Assembly: GCA_030065755.1 (NCBI GenBank)
Contig: JASJDA010000031.1
Location: 4,000 to 67,999 of the forward strand
DNA: 64,000 bases
Reading direction: 5' to 3'
Source of the DNA: Prochloraceae cyanobacterium
GTDB taxonomy: Bacteria; Cyanobacteriota; Cyanobacteriia; Cyanobacteriales; JASJDA01
Positions 39,093 through 47,862 of the stretch are shown one piece after another (the stretch's first letter is position 1; each line of letters starts with the position of its first letter). Under the pieces are notes generated by a model. That model was not told where the DNA came from. It made no database searches and saw only the letters and a program-made list of their open reading frames with translations. Position numbers and translations under genes: made by a program.

Positions 39093-39806
39093 TTAAAAAC
39101 TCGTACCTAAAAACCACTCATATCCTTCTTTAAACTTTCTCTTTCCATCATTTTCAACAATACTTCCATGAGCCATAATTACTCTCTTAAAATCCCAATT
39201 AAGTATTTTTTGAACTGAGTTTTTTACTCGCTCTTTTTCTTTGGTTGCAATTTTCTCTAAGAATGAAGGTCTGAGCTTTTTATAACTTCCGATCGCTTGA
39301 CTTGCTAGCCTCGTCCTTAAGGGGAAAGTTTCATCAAAATTAAAAGCTGTATCGGTTAAAATCAAGCTTCTACTTTCCTTATGAAAGAAAACAAATTCGT
39401 TGAATTTTAAGGGACCACTAAAATCGATTATAACTCGAACACCTTCAAATAATAAATATTCAACTTCTTCCCAAATACTTTTTTCGTCTTTATTCATTAT
39501 TCGATCGCTCTTTAAATCAGGTCTTTTCGATTCTAATCCTGGCGCAATCCAAAGTTTTGCTTCACGATAAATAGCCTTAAATTCAGAAACAAAAAGGTGA
39601 TGAAAAAGATTGGGAGCAATGATAAACCCGACATTACCAATCTCATTTATTTCTTGAATTGTTTTCTCATCTACTTGAATTGGAGAAGTAACTATTAACT
39701 CGCCACTAGATAGACGAATAATTGTCATTCTCGTTCCAATTTCAAGTTGCCAAAATTTTAACGGTTGTTCGTCAACCCAAATGTTTGTGTCAATTTTTCT
39801 CAACAT
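39093..39806 (-). CDS. DUF4336-like (metallo-beta-lactamase-fold-like) protein
   Basis: MLRKIDTNIWVDEQPLKFWQLEIGTRMTIIRL..GELIVTSPI resembles the DUF4336 family as I recall it. The first 22 codons of the track ORF (to 39872) translate a GGGGAGCA repeat and are probably not coding. Confidence 0.5.
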   Translation of the reverse strand: MLRKIDTNIWVDEQPLKFWQLEIGTRMTIIRLSSGELIVTSPIQVDEKTIQEINEIGNVGFIIAPNLFHHLFVSEFKAIYREAKLWIAPGLESKRPDLKSDRIMNKDEKSIWEEVEYLLFEGVRVIIDFSGPLKFNEFVFFHKESRSLILTDTAFNFDETFPLRTRLASQAIGSYKKLRPSFLEKIATKEKERVKNSVQKILNWDFKRVIMAHGSIVENDGKRKFKEGYEWFLGTSF

Positions 39807-39833
39807 ATCAGTAAAGGGGATGAGGGGGAGAGT

Positions 39834-39880
39834 GGGGAGCAGGGGAGCAGGGGAGCAGGGGAGAATAGCCAACAGCCAAC
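39834..39880. repeat. short tandem repeats (GGGGAGCA x3, then AGCCAAC x2)
   Basis: The sequence is ggggagcaggggagcaggggagcaggggagaatagccaacagccaacagc. Confidence 0.8.
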
Positions 39881-39898
39881 AGCAAAAAATTTTCGTTT

Positions 39899-41236
39899 CT
39901 AGCGTTTATTTAAAACCACTTGCATACCTTTTTCTGGTCGCAAAGTAATCGAAGGTTGCGGAATAATTGGATGGTTTGGTAACAAATCTAGCTGAAATTT
40001 TTGCGAAATTCTTGCTAGTAATAAAACTGCTTCCATTAGAGCAAATCCCTTACCAATACAAATTCTTTGTCCGTCCCCAAAAGGAAAATAAACTCCTTTA
40101 GGAAGGTGTTTTTCTAAGTCGTTAGCCCAGCGATCGGGATTAAATGTCTCTGGATCTGGGAAATAATCGGGATTTCTGTGGCTGACCCACTGACTCATCA
40201 TCACTATACAGCCAGCAGGAATTTTATAATCTCCGAGATGGCATTCTCGAATTGCTTGACGGGATATATCCACTACCGCTGGGTAAAGTCGCATCGACTC
40301 TTTGATTACCATTTTGGTATAGTGCAAGCGAGAATAGTCAGCAGCAGTAGGCTTTTTATTCCCTAAGACTTCTTCTAATTCTTGTTGCAATTTGGCTCGC
40401 ACCTGGGGATTTTTTGATAAAAGCATCCACGTCCAAGATAAAGTATTGCAAGTGGTTTCGTGTCCTGCTAATATCATTGTTACTGCTTCATCTCGCAATT
40501 GTCGATCGCTCATTTTGCTGCCATTTTCGTCTCGAACTTCCATCAAAAGTGACAGCAAATCTCCTGAAGACTCTGGATTTTTACGCTTGTGTTCGAGCGT
40601 CTCGTATATGGCTCGATCGACCTGCGCGAATGCTTGTTGGTAACGCAAATCTTCTTCTGTGGGATTGTTTCGATCGAATATAAAACCCTGCTTGCGCTTA
40701 CTTTCATACCAATTCATCCCTAAATTTAAAGCCTCGGCTACAATCTTGGCTTCGTCATTTGTTAAATCTTGGTTAAATATTGTCTTCATTGCAATATTTA
40801 ATGTTATATGCATCATTTCAGCGCTAATGTCGATCGTCTCTCCATCCGACCAGGTATTGAGCATTTTCTCGGTGTAATCGACCATTATCTCTGCGTAATT
40901 AGCGATCCTCTCTTGCAAAAATAATGGTTGTATTAACTTTCGCTGACGCTTCCACAAGTCTCCGTCGCTGGTGACTAGTCCTTTTCCGAACATATCTTCT
41001 AGGATTTGGTAGTCTTCACCTTTGACGAAGGAAGTTCGATCGCACAACACTTGTTCTATTAATTTTGGGTCTCTAATCAGACAAGCTGGAATTTTACCTA
41101 AACGTAGCGGGACTATATCGCCATATTCTTTAGCGCAGGACATCCAAAAGCCGATCGGATCTCGACCTAATTCTACTAAATGACCCAGTTGGAGATCGGC
41201 TTTTGGTGCGGGTAGTTCTAAGATATTTTTACTCAT
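39899..41236 (-). CDS. cytochrome P450
   Basis: Heme-binding loop FPFGDGQRICIGKGFA, the I-helix AGHETT, and the ESMR (ExxR) motif. Confidence 0.9.
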   Translation of the reverse strand: MSKNILELPAPKADLQLGHLVELGRDPIGFWMSCAKEYGDIVPLRLGKIPACLIRDPKLIEQVLCDRTSFVKGEDYQILEDMFGKGLVTSDGDLWKRQRKLIQPLFLQERIANYAEIMVDYTEKMLNTWSDGETIDISAEMMHITLNIAMKTIFNQDLTNDEAKIVAEALNLGMNWYESKRKQGFIFDRNNPTEEDLRYQQAFAQVDRAIYETLEHKRKNPESSGDLLSLLMEVRDENGSKMSDRQLRDEAVTMILAGHETTCNTLSWTWMLLSKNPQVRAKLQQELEEVLGNKKPTAADYSRLHYTKMVIKESMRLYPAVVDISRQAIRECHLGDYKIPAGCIVMMSQWVSHRNPDYFPDPETFNPDRWANDLEKHLPKGVYFPFGDGQRICIGKGFALMEAVLLLARISQKFQLDLLPNHPIIPQPSITLRPEKGMQVVLNKR

Positions 41237-41315
41237 TTTTCTTTGTCTTTTATTTTATATCGATTGTTTGTTATGCAAAAAAGTAATTGAATTAAAGATT
41301 TTGCGTCAAATGCCT

Positions 41316-41867
41316 CTACTGGTCTAGATAAGCAGATAGCATTTGAGCTAATAATTCACCTTGCTGCTGCAAAGAAACAGATTGGCGATCGAAGGCTCGT
41401 TGTAATAAAATGCCGTCAATTACGCTTAGAATTAAACTAGCAATTGCTGGATCTGTTATCTTGGAAGACTCCATAAATGCGTCTCGACAGCGCTGGTAAG
41501 TTCGTTTGAGAACTTCACGATTTTGGTGTTGCTGGTAAAAATTGACGTAAAGCAAGACCTGTTTGAGAAAATAGTCTTCTTCACGATCGAGAAAATTAAA
41601 CAAGCACTTAATTTTCTCGTCAGTCGTTTCTAACTTTTCTATTTCTGCCGTTGCTCTAATAATATCCTGCTGGGTAATTTCCTCTATTAGTTGCTCGAAT
41701 AATACCTCCTTGCTGGGAAAATAATGATACAGCGTACCCGTAGAAACACCAATACCTCGAGCTATTTGACGCATTGAGATCGATCCGTATCCTTTTTTGG
41801 CAAAAAGGTCAAAGGATTTTCTCAATAGTTCTTTGCGGTATCGATCGTGGTCTACGATTTTGGGCAT
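41316..41867 (-). CDS. TetR/AcrR family transcriptional regulator
   Basis: N-terminal HTH region FAKKGYGSISMRQIARGIGVSTGTLYHYFPSKE. Confidence 0.85.
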   Translation of the reverse strand: MPKIVDHDRYRKELLRKSFDLFAKKGYGSISMRQIARGIGVSTGTLYHYFPSKEVLFEQLIEEITQQDIIRATAEIEKLETTDEKIKCLFNFLDREEDYFLKQVLLYVNFYQQHQNREVLKRTYQRCRDAFMESSKITDPAIASLILSVIDGILLQRAFDRQSVSLQQQGELLAQMLSAYLDQ

Positions 41868-42006
41868 ACCGTTTCAGTAAATTTTGAACTTGACATTTAT
41901 TATATCAAACATTTGTTATAAAACAATCGAAAATTATTAATTATGGGAACGACAGACGAGAAAAAACAGGATAATTAAGGCGCGCGATCGCTTTTGGTAG
42001 AGGTTT

Positions 42007-42645
42007 ATGATGCAGGGACCAGATCCAAGAGAAAAACACCCGATGAAGGGATTTCCACAAGTCTGCTTTATCAAAAATACCGTATCTAATCCCAAGATTA
42101 TTATTGGAGATTATACGTATTATGACGACCCTGAAGATTCAGAGAACTTCGAGCGCAATGTATTGTATCATTACCCCTTCAGCGAAGATCGATTAATTAT
42201 TGGCAAATTTTGCGCCTTGGCTAGAGGGGTAAAGTTTATTATGAACGGTGCTAACCATAAAATTTCTGGCTTTTCGACCTATCCCTTTCAAATATTTGGC
42301 CATGGCTGGGAAAAAGTTACGCCAAAACCTGAGGAATTTCCCTATAAAGGGGATACTGTAGTGGGTAATGATGTTTGGATTGGATACGAAGCGATCGTCA
42401 TGCCAGGGGTTAAAATTGACGATGGAGCTATTATTGCTGCTAAATCGGTAGTAACTAGAAACGTACCAGCTTACGCGATCGTGGGAGGAAACCCAGCACA
42501 ACTGATCGAAAAACGCTTCTCTGAAGAGATTATTAATGAGTTACTCGATATTGCATGGTGGGACTGGAATATTGAAAAAATCTCCCGCAATCTCGAAAAA
42601 ATTGTATCTGCAGATATCGACGCTTTGAGAAATAGCGATGCATAA
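42007..42645 (+). CDS. Vat-family streptogramin A / xenobiotic O-acetyltransferase (hexapeptide-repeat)
   Basis: [44 protein letters not shown]...[35 protein letters not shown]...[12 protein letters not shown]...WWDW closely parallels VatD/CatB-type enzymes. Confidence 0.85.
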   Translation: MMQGPDPREKHPMKGFPQVCFIKNTVSNPKIIIGDYTYYDDPEDSENFERNVLYHYPFSEDRLIIGKFCALARGVKFIMNGANHKISGFSTYPFQIFGHGWEKVTPKPEEFPYKGDTVVGNDVWIGYEAIVMPGVKIDDGAIIAAKSVVTRNVPAYAIVGGNPAQLIEKRFSEEIINELLDIAWWDWNIEKISRNLEKIVSADIDALRNSDA

Positions 42646-42655
42646 TGTCGATAAT

Positions 42656-43396
42656 CTACCAGTGAGTACTTCCCACAAAAATAGTTGCCCCAGTCTTTAA
42701 TTTGGTGTCTGCTGCAGCATTAACGATCGCGCGGGCAAAATCTTCGACAGTAGGAACGAAACCTACTTGTTGGCGGCGTAACTCTATTAAGTCAGGCATT
42801 TGGCGCTGCATTAGCTTAGGGGTAATAGTACCTTCAATCAAGTCCCCACTAACTACAATTAGTTGAATGCCTCTATTCGTAAATTCAGGTATGCGCGATC
42901 GCAAAGCTTCTTCACCAGCTTTTTTACTTCGCGCTACTGGCTCGTACATAGGAGGAAAAACTGGCTTTTGACCGTAAAAGTGAGCCGCGTGACTGGTAAC
43001 GAAAACAATGCGTCCGCTAGATGGAATGAGAGGTAAGGCGAGATCGACAGCGCGTAGTTGGGAAGTAAGGTTGAGTTCCATGGCATAGTCAGCAGACTTA
43101 TCTTTCTCTAAGCCCCCACTAGCGTTGAGGATAAGCAAGTCAAGACGATCGAACTTCTCTTTTATCTGCTCGATCGCCTGCTTTAATTGGCTTCCACTGG
43201 TTAAATCTGCCTGGACTAGTAAGGCTTGACTGCCACTGGCGCTTACAGCACTAGCTACTTTTTCAGCTCGTTGTCTTTTGCTGCGGTAATTGATTGCTAC
43301 GTTAGCTCCACCTTCAGCTAGCATAACAGCCACACTAGCACCAATACCTCGCGATGCTCCTGTTACTAGGGCTACTTTACCTTGAAAATTGCTCAT
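42656..43396 (-). CDS. SDR family oxidoreductase
   Basis: The TGASRGIG cofactor motif and an SDR length. It has a 4-nt overlap with the upstream GST-like gene. Confidence 0.85.
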   Translation of the reverse strand: MSNFQGKVALVTGASRGIGASVAVMLAEGGANVAINYRSKRQRAEKVASAVSASGSQALLVQADLTSGSQLKQAIEQIKEKFDRLDLLILNASGGLEKDKSADYAMELNLTSQLRAVDLALPLIPSSGRIVFVTSHAAHFYGQKPVFPPMYEPVARSKKAGEEALRSRIPEFTNRGIQLIVVSGDLIEGTITPKLMQRQMPDLIELRRQQVGFVPTVEDFARAIVNAAADTKLKTGATIFVGSTHW

Positions 43397-44169
43397 CTTG
43401 TCTCTCTCATCTCCCGATACAAATGCAGTGCGTATTTTCCTGCTGGAGTCGATCGCAACTCTTGAATGACATTTAGCATCTCTTCAGGAAGTCCTCGAAA
43501 CTCGGAACTCATAATTGGATGCTCGGCAGGACGTATAACTGGAGCAGATAGAGCAGCAAATGTCAAGTCTGCTGCTGTGAAACTATCTCCAACTAAGTAT
43601 TTCTGACCTTCTAAGCGTTTTTCTACTTTGGCAAATATCTCCTTAATTTTAGAGAGCGAACGAGCTGCACCTTCGGAGGTTGAGTTGAAAGCTTTACGTA
43701 CCATATTACGCAGCAAAGGGAAGGCGATCGCGCAACCAACTTGTTCTAACTTAGGCACTCCCATGCACCAGACATTTTGAACTAACTTAGGGCGATCGAG
43801 TACATAAAAGTACACCCAACAACGGGTAGAGACACCTAGTTGACGATCGAATAAGTCTTCTAGTTTGTCAACTTCTTGCCGTTGTAGGGGATTTATTGGG
43901 TAGAGTCGGTGACTTTGTGGAGATATACTGTCAAGGTAATGCAATATGTCAGTGGAGTCTACAAAATTACCACCTTCAGTAACTAATAAAGGAACAGTAG
44001 TGCCACCATGAAGACGGGTGTGAAAACGATTAAATGGGGGTGCGTGATTCTCTTCAACGTAGGGTATTTTCAGCCAATCTAATGCCCACCTTGCTTTCTC
44101 GCAATAGTGGCTGACTGCAATGGTAATTAAACGAGGAGTCGAGGAATTAGTGGGATTTTTGGTATTCAT
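43393..44169 (-). CDS. glutathione S-transferase-like protein
   Basis: N-terminal thioredoxin-like fold (ITIAVSHYCEKARWALDW, TVPLLV..G..VDSTDIL) and a C-terminal helical domain. Confidence 0.65.
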   Translation of the reverse strand: MNTKNPTNSSTPRLITIAVSHYCEKARWALDWLKIPYVEENHAPPFNRFHTRLHGGTTVPLLVTEGGNFVDSTDILHYLDSISPQSHRLYPINPLQRQEVDKLEDLFDRQLGVSTRCWVYFYVLDRPKLVQNVWCMGVPKLEQVGCAIAFPLLRNMVRKAFNSTSEGAARSLSKIKEIFAKVEKRLEGQKYLVGDSFTAADLTFAALSAPVIRPAEHPIMSSEFRGLPEEMLNVIQELRSTPAGKYALHLYREMRETR

Positions 44170-44271
44170 TTTACTTGACCTTCTTCGCCATAACTTTTCA
44201 TAGTCGATTTAAACTTTATTTACAGACCGAGCGGTTTCTAAATAAGTAAAAAAATATACTCGGTATTTTCT

Positions 44272-44859
44272 TTAAAGATTGTTTTGGACATATTCTTTGA
44301 GATGGTCGATCGCTCTTTGTAGGTGAATTGGGTCTTGATAAAGTTTGCTCATCATTATTCCTCCTTCAATAGTTGAGATTATGATGGTTGCAACTACATC
44401 AGCTTCTACAGTGGAGTGAATTTCTCCTTTAGATATCCCTTTTTCGATAATGCGACCGATTAGAGATCGCCAGGAAGTCATTGCTTGTCGGGCGCGATCG
44501 CGCAAAGCTGGATGTATGTCATCGCTTTCAACGGCTGTATTTAGAATTGGACATCCACCAGGAAGAGGGGGATCGTTAATATAGCTCAGGTAGCTCGATA
44601 GTAAAACTTGTAAGCGATCTTTTGCATTAGTTTTTGTGCGCACGACTTCTCTGATACGTTTACTCACACATTGGAAAGCATAATCAAAAGCTGCTAGTGC
44701 TAATTCTTCTTTACTTTTGAAATGATTGTATATTCCTCCTTTTTGCAAGCCAGTAGCACGCATAATGTCCCCAATTGAAGAACCAGAGTAGCCTTTAGTA
44801 TTAAACAGAGAGGCTGCTTGTTTGATGATTTTTTCTCTGGTTTCTCTGGCTTTAGACAT
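44272..44859 (-). CDS. TetR/AcrR family transcriptional regulator
   Basis: HTH region FNTKGYSGSSIGDIMRATGLQKGGIYNHFKSKEEL. Confidence 0.85.
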   Translation of the reverse strand: MSKARETREKIIKQAASLFNTKGYSGSSIGDIMRATGLQKGGIYNHFKSKEELALAAFDYAFQCVSKRIREVVRTKTNAKDRLQVLLSSYLSYINDPPLPGGCPILNTAVESDDIHPALRDRARQAMTSWRSLIGRIIEKGISKGEIHSTVEADVVATIIISTIEGGIMMSKLYQDPIHLQRAIDHLKEYVQNNL

Positions 44860-45032
44860 TAAAAGCGAGTGTTAAAACCGATCGGTCTTTTTTAGAATAA
44901 CACACCTCCCACACTCCCCTCTCTCACGATCGCCAGAAAGATGCCGCTGAATTGTCAGTAATATAATGGCATCCGCTCGAAAAGCAATTCTAAGCTAAAA
45001 TTCTAAGATGGTTATCCAGTCGCGATTTTTTG

Positions 45033-45950
45033 ATGAAAATAGCAATTACCGGAGCAACAGGATTTGTAGGCACTAGCCTGGTTAAAAAACTCAACAAACC
45101 AGAAAATCAATTATTAATATTAACTCGCAACCCAGCACGAGCAACAAAGGTATTTCCTGCTTCTGCTTTTCCCAATTTAGAAATAGTTGCTTACACTCCC
45201 AAAAAAGAAGGAGAATGGCAACTAGCAATTTCAGGATGCGACGCGGTAATAAATTTAGCAGGAGAACCGATATCCGAACGCTGGAGTCCGAAACACAAAA
45301 AAGAAATACTTGACAGTCGTCAACTGGGAACCAGAACTATTGTAGAAGCTATTAAAAAAGCCGATCCTAAACCTAAAGTATTAGTTAATGCCTCTGCTAT
45401 TGGTTACTATGGCACTAGCGAAACAAAGACTTTCGAGGAAAGCAGTGCCCCAGGAGAGGATTTTTTAGCTCAAGTGTGTCAAAAATGGGAAGCAGAAGCC
45501 CAAAAAGTTACTGAAGCTGGGGCGCGCTTAGTTATTCTCAGAATTGGTATCGTATTAGGCGACGGCGGTGCTTTAGGAAAAATGCTAGGAGCATTTAAAA
45601 TGTTTGCTGGGGGGCCATTAGGTAGCGGTCATCAGTGGTTTTCTTGGATTCATATCGACGATTTGGTAGGTTTAATTGTAGAAGCTCTATCCCGTCAGGA
45701 TATGGAAGGAACATTTAATGCTACTGCCCCTAACCCAGTGCGCATGAACGAGTTTTGCGAAACTTTAGGGGAAGTATTGAAACGTCCTTCTTGGTTGCCA
45801 GTTCCAAATTTTGCCTTAGAAGCACTTTTAGGAGAAGGATCGATTATCGTGCTTGAAGGTCAGGAAGTTTTACCCAAGAAAACAGAGTCTATTGGGTTTA
45901 AGTATCGATATCCGACCTTAAAACCAGCACTAAAAGAAATTATTTCTTAG
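45033..45950 (+). CDS. TIGR01777-type NAD-dependent epimerase/dehydratase family protein (with a DUF1731 C-terminus)
   Basis: [13 protein letters not shown] Rossmann motif. The length and C-terminal pattern are typical of YfcH-like proteins. Confidence 0.8.
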   Translation: MKIAITGATGFVGTSLVKKLNKPENQLLILTRNPARATKVFPASAFPNLEIVAYTPKKEGEWQLAISGCDAVINLAGEPISERWSPKHKKEILDSRQLGTRTIVEAIKKADPKPKVLVNASAIGYYGTSETKTFEESSAPGEDFLAQVCQKWEAEAQKVTEAGARLVILRIGIVLGDGGALGKMLGAFKMFAGGPLGSGHQWFSWIHIDDLVGLIVEALSRQDMEGTFNATAPNPVRMNEFCETLGEVLKRPSWLPVPNFALEALLGEGSIIVLEGQEVLPKKTESIGFKYRYPTLKPALKEIIS

Positions 45951-45959
45951 GAGCGATCG

Positions 45960-46574
45960 ATGAATCAAATAAAAACAGTTTCAGGAACAGGAATACCGTT
46001 AGTAGGAAATGATATCGATACAGATAGGATAATTCCTGCTCGATTTCTACGTTGCGTTACTTTTGACGGATTAGGAAAAGAAGTTTTTGCTGACGATCGC
46101 ACCCAAGCTGAAGGCAAACACCCGTTCGATTTATCCCAGTATCGAGGAGCTAATATCTTAGTAGTTAATGGTAACTTTGGCTGTGGTTCTTCTAGAGAAC
46201 ACGCCCCTCAAGCTTTAGCAAAATGGGGTATCGAGGCTATAGTTGGAGAAGGATTCGCCGAAATTTTCTTTGGTAACTGCTTGGCTATAGGTATTCCTTG
46301 TGTTACAGCGGATACTGAAACAGTAAAGCATTTACAGGCATTACTAACAGACAACCCCCAAGCTTCTGTGAAGGTAGATTTAGAAGCCATGAAAGTTAGT
46401 TGCGATGACTGGAGTGCTTCAGTATCAGTAGCAGAAGGAGCAAAGAAAATGCTGCTTTCTGGTACTTGGGATAGTTGCGGACAATTGATCGATCGTATCG
46501 ACCAAATTAAAACTACAGCATCAAAGTTACCATATGTAGATTGGAGTAGTAAGGAATATAGCGAAACTACTTAA
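45960..46574 (+). CDS. leuD: 3-isopropylmalate dehydratase small subunit
   Basis: [11 protein letters not shown] and [15 protein letters not shown] motifs. Confidence 0.9.
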   Translation: MNQIKTVSGTGIPLVGNDIDTDRIIPARFLRCVTFDGLGKEVFADDRTQAEGKHPFDLSQYRGANILVVNGNFGCGSSREHAPQALAKWGIEAIVGEGFAEIFFGNCLAIGIPCVTADTETVKHLQALLTDNPQASVKVDLEAMKVSCDDWSASVSVAEGAKKMLLSGTWDSCGQLIDRIDQIKTTASKLPYVDWSSKEYSETT

Positions 46575-46575
46575 A

Positions 46576-46619
46576 GGTTGTTTGCTGTTGGCTATTTGCT
46601 GTTAGCTGTTAGCTGTTTG
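46576..46619. repeat. degenerate heptamer repeat (GCTGTT[AG]-type)
   Basis: The sequence is ggttgtttgctgttggctatttgctgttagctgttagctgtttg, directly after the leuD stop. Confidence 0.7.
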
Positions 46620-46692
46620 AAAAGTTTCTAGAATTGGGGGACTTTTCATCCCAAGTCTAGTTTGACCGTCGAACAGTTAAGAGCTATTTTGT

Positions 46693-47505
46693 TTAAAATC
46701 GGGTTCCTCTGTCATATAGGTGTTGACACTGTTTGCCATAATAAGATAAAGGAATACGAAGACTAGCAAATGAGCGTATTAAACCCGCTTTTAAAGTTTG
46801 ACCGCCATAAGTAAGATTTAAAAGTAAAAATCTCAAATTCTTGCAAGTAGATTTCCCCTTTTGTTCGATTAGTTCAAACTTTTGTTTGGCTGCAATATAT
46901 TTACTTAGTATTTGCTCGAAAGCAGTTCCGTGAAATATGATGTAATCTCGCGGATGGGAGATAATAATATTTAGAATGCGTTCCAGGTGTGGTTTTAGTA
47001 ATTCTGGAGTCAAACCTCTCAAACTAAATTTTTTAGAGGTATAAGGAATAAGTTTGAGTTGAAGAATACGATCGCTAAAACGTTCTAGATTAATCCATCG
47101 AGAGTCTTCTGTTTGCTCTGAAACAAAATCTACTACCCCAAATGGCTGTAAAAATTGTATCTGTTTTAGTTCTAAAATAGATTTAATTTTTCTGGGAGCA
47201 TTATCGCTAAAATTATATTTACCAAAGTGCTGATGATAGTCTAAATAATCTTCAAACCTATGAAAATCATTTTCTTCTGTTTCACCATCAGCAAAATTGT
47301 TGGTTGACTGGTAATTTAAATGAACTAGGACGACTTTAGCTTTTAAATCCCCTGTGAAATATTTCGGATATCGATCGCCGTGAAACTCTTGACCAGTCCT
47401 GATTGATAATTCAATGGCTTCTTGGCTATCTCCAGTAATGATAAATTCTTCAATTTCTTTTCTAATTTCTTCAGTAAGTCTTGTATCTCGATCGACAACA
47501 ATCAC
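46693..47505 (-). CDS. hypothetical protein (270 aa, no recognisable motif)
   Basis: A clean ORF that stands alone between leuD and pbpC. About 350 bp of AT-rich sequence lies upstream of it. Confidence 0.5.
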   Translation of the reverse strand: MIVVDRDTRLTEEIRKEIEEFIITGDSQEAIELSIRTGQEFHGDRYPKYFTGDLKAKVVLVHLNYQSTNNFADGETEENDFHRFEDYLDYHQHFGKYNFSDNAPRKIKSILELKQIQFLQPFGVVDFVSEQTEDSRWINLERFSDRILQLKLIPYTSKKFSLRGLTPELLKPHLERILNIIISHPRDYIIFHGTAFEQILSKYIAAKQKFELIEQKGKSTCKNLRFLLLNLTYGGQTLKAGLIRSFASLRIPLSYYGKQCQHLYDRGTRF

Positions 47506-47862
47506 AGTAAATTCCCCTAAAAATTACACAGATATTTTTTTAATAAAGATTTAAACTAGTTAATAATACCTTAATTATAGCTCGAATGTCATCAGAAAAT
47601 ATACTGAAAAACAAACTAAGATGGTATGTAACTCGCTCGAAACCAGTTGAGAAAATTTAACGCTCGTCGAGGAAGATGAAATCTATTGGATGAGTAACGA
47701 ATAACGAGTTAGGTTGTGGCTTTGTTATTAATTCAACAACTTTCATCTTTTCGTGTAACTTATTGACGATCGGATTTTTTTTATTTTTAAGAAGAAACAT
47801 AAAACCGCCAGCAGCAAGTCTAATATTAAAGAGGATCGCTCCTACACCAACAAAAAATATTT

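Noticed and set aside
39807-39872. N-terminal 22 codons of the 259-aa ORF
   Set aside because: They translate the GGGGAGCA tandem repeat (PAPLLPTLPL). An internal Met followed by the conserved-looking MLRKIDTNIWV is the more plausible start.
40178-40877. + strand ORFs inside the P450 gene
   Set aside because: They are antisense shadows of a gene with an intact heme-binding motif.
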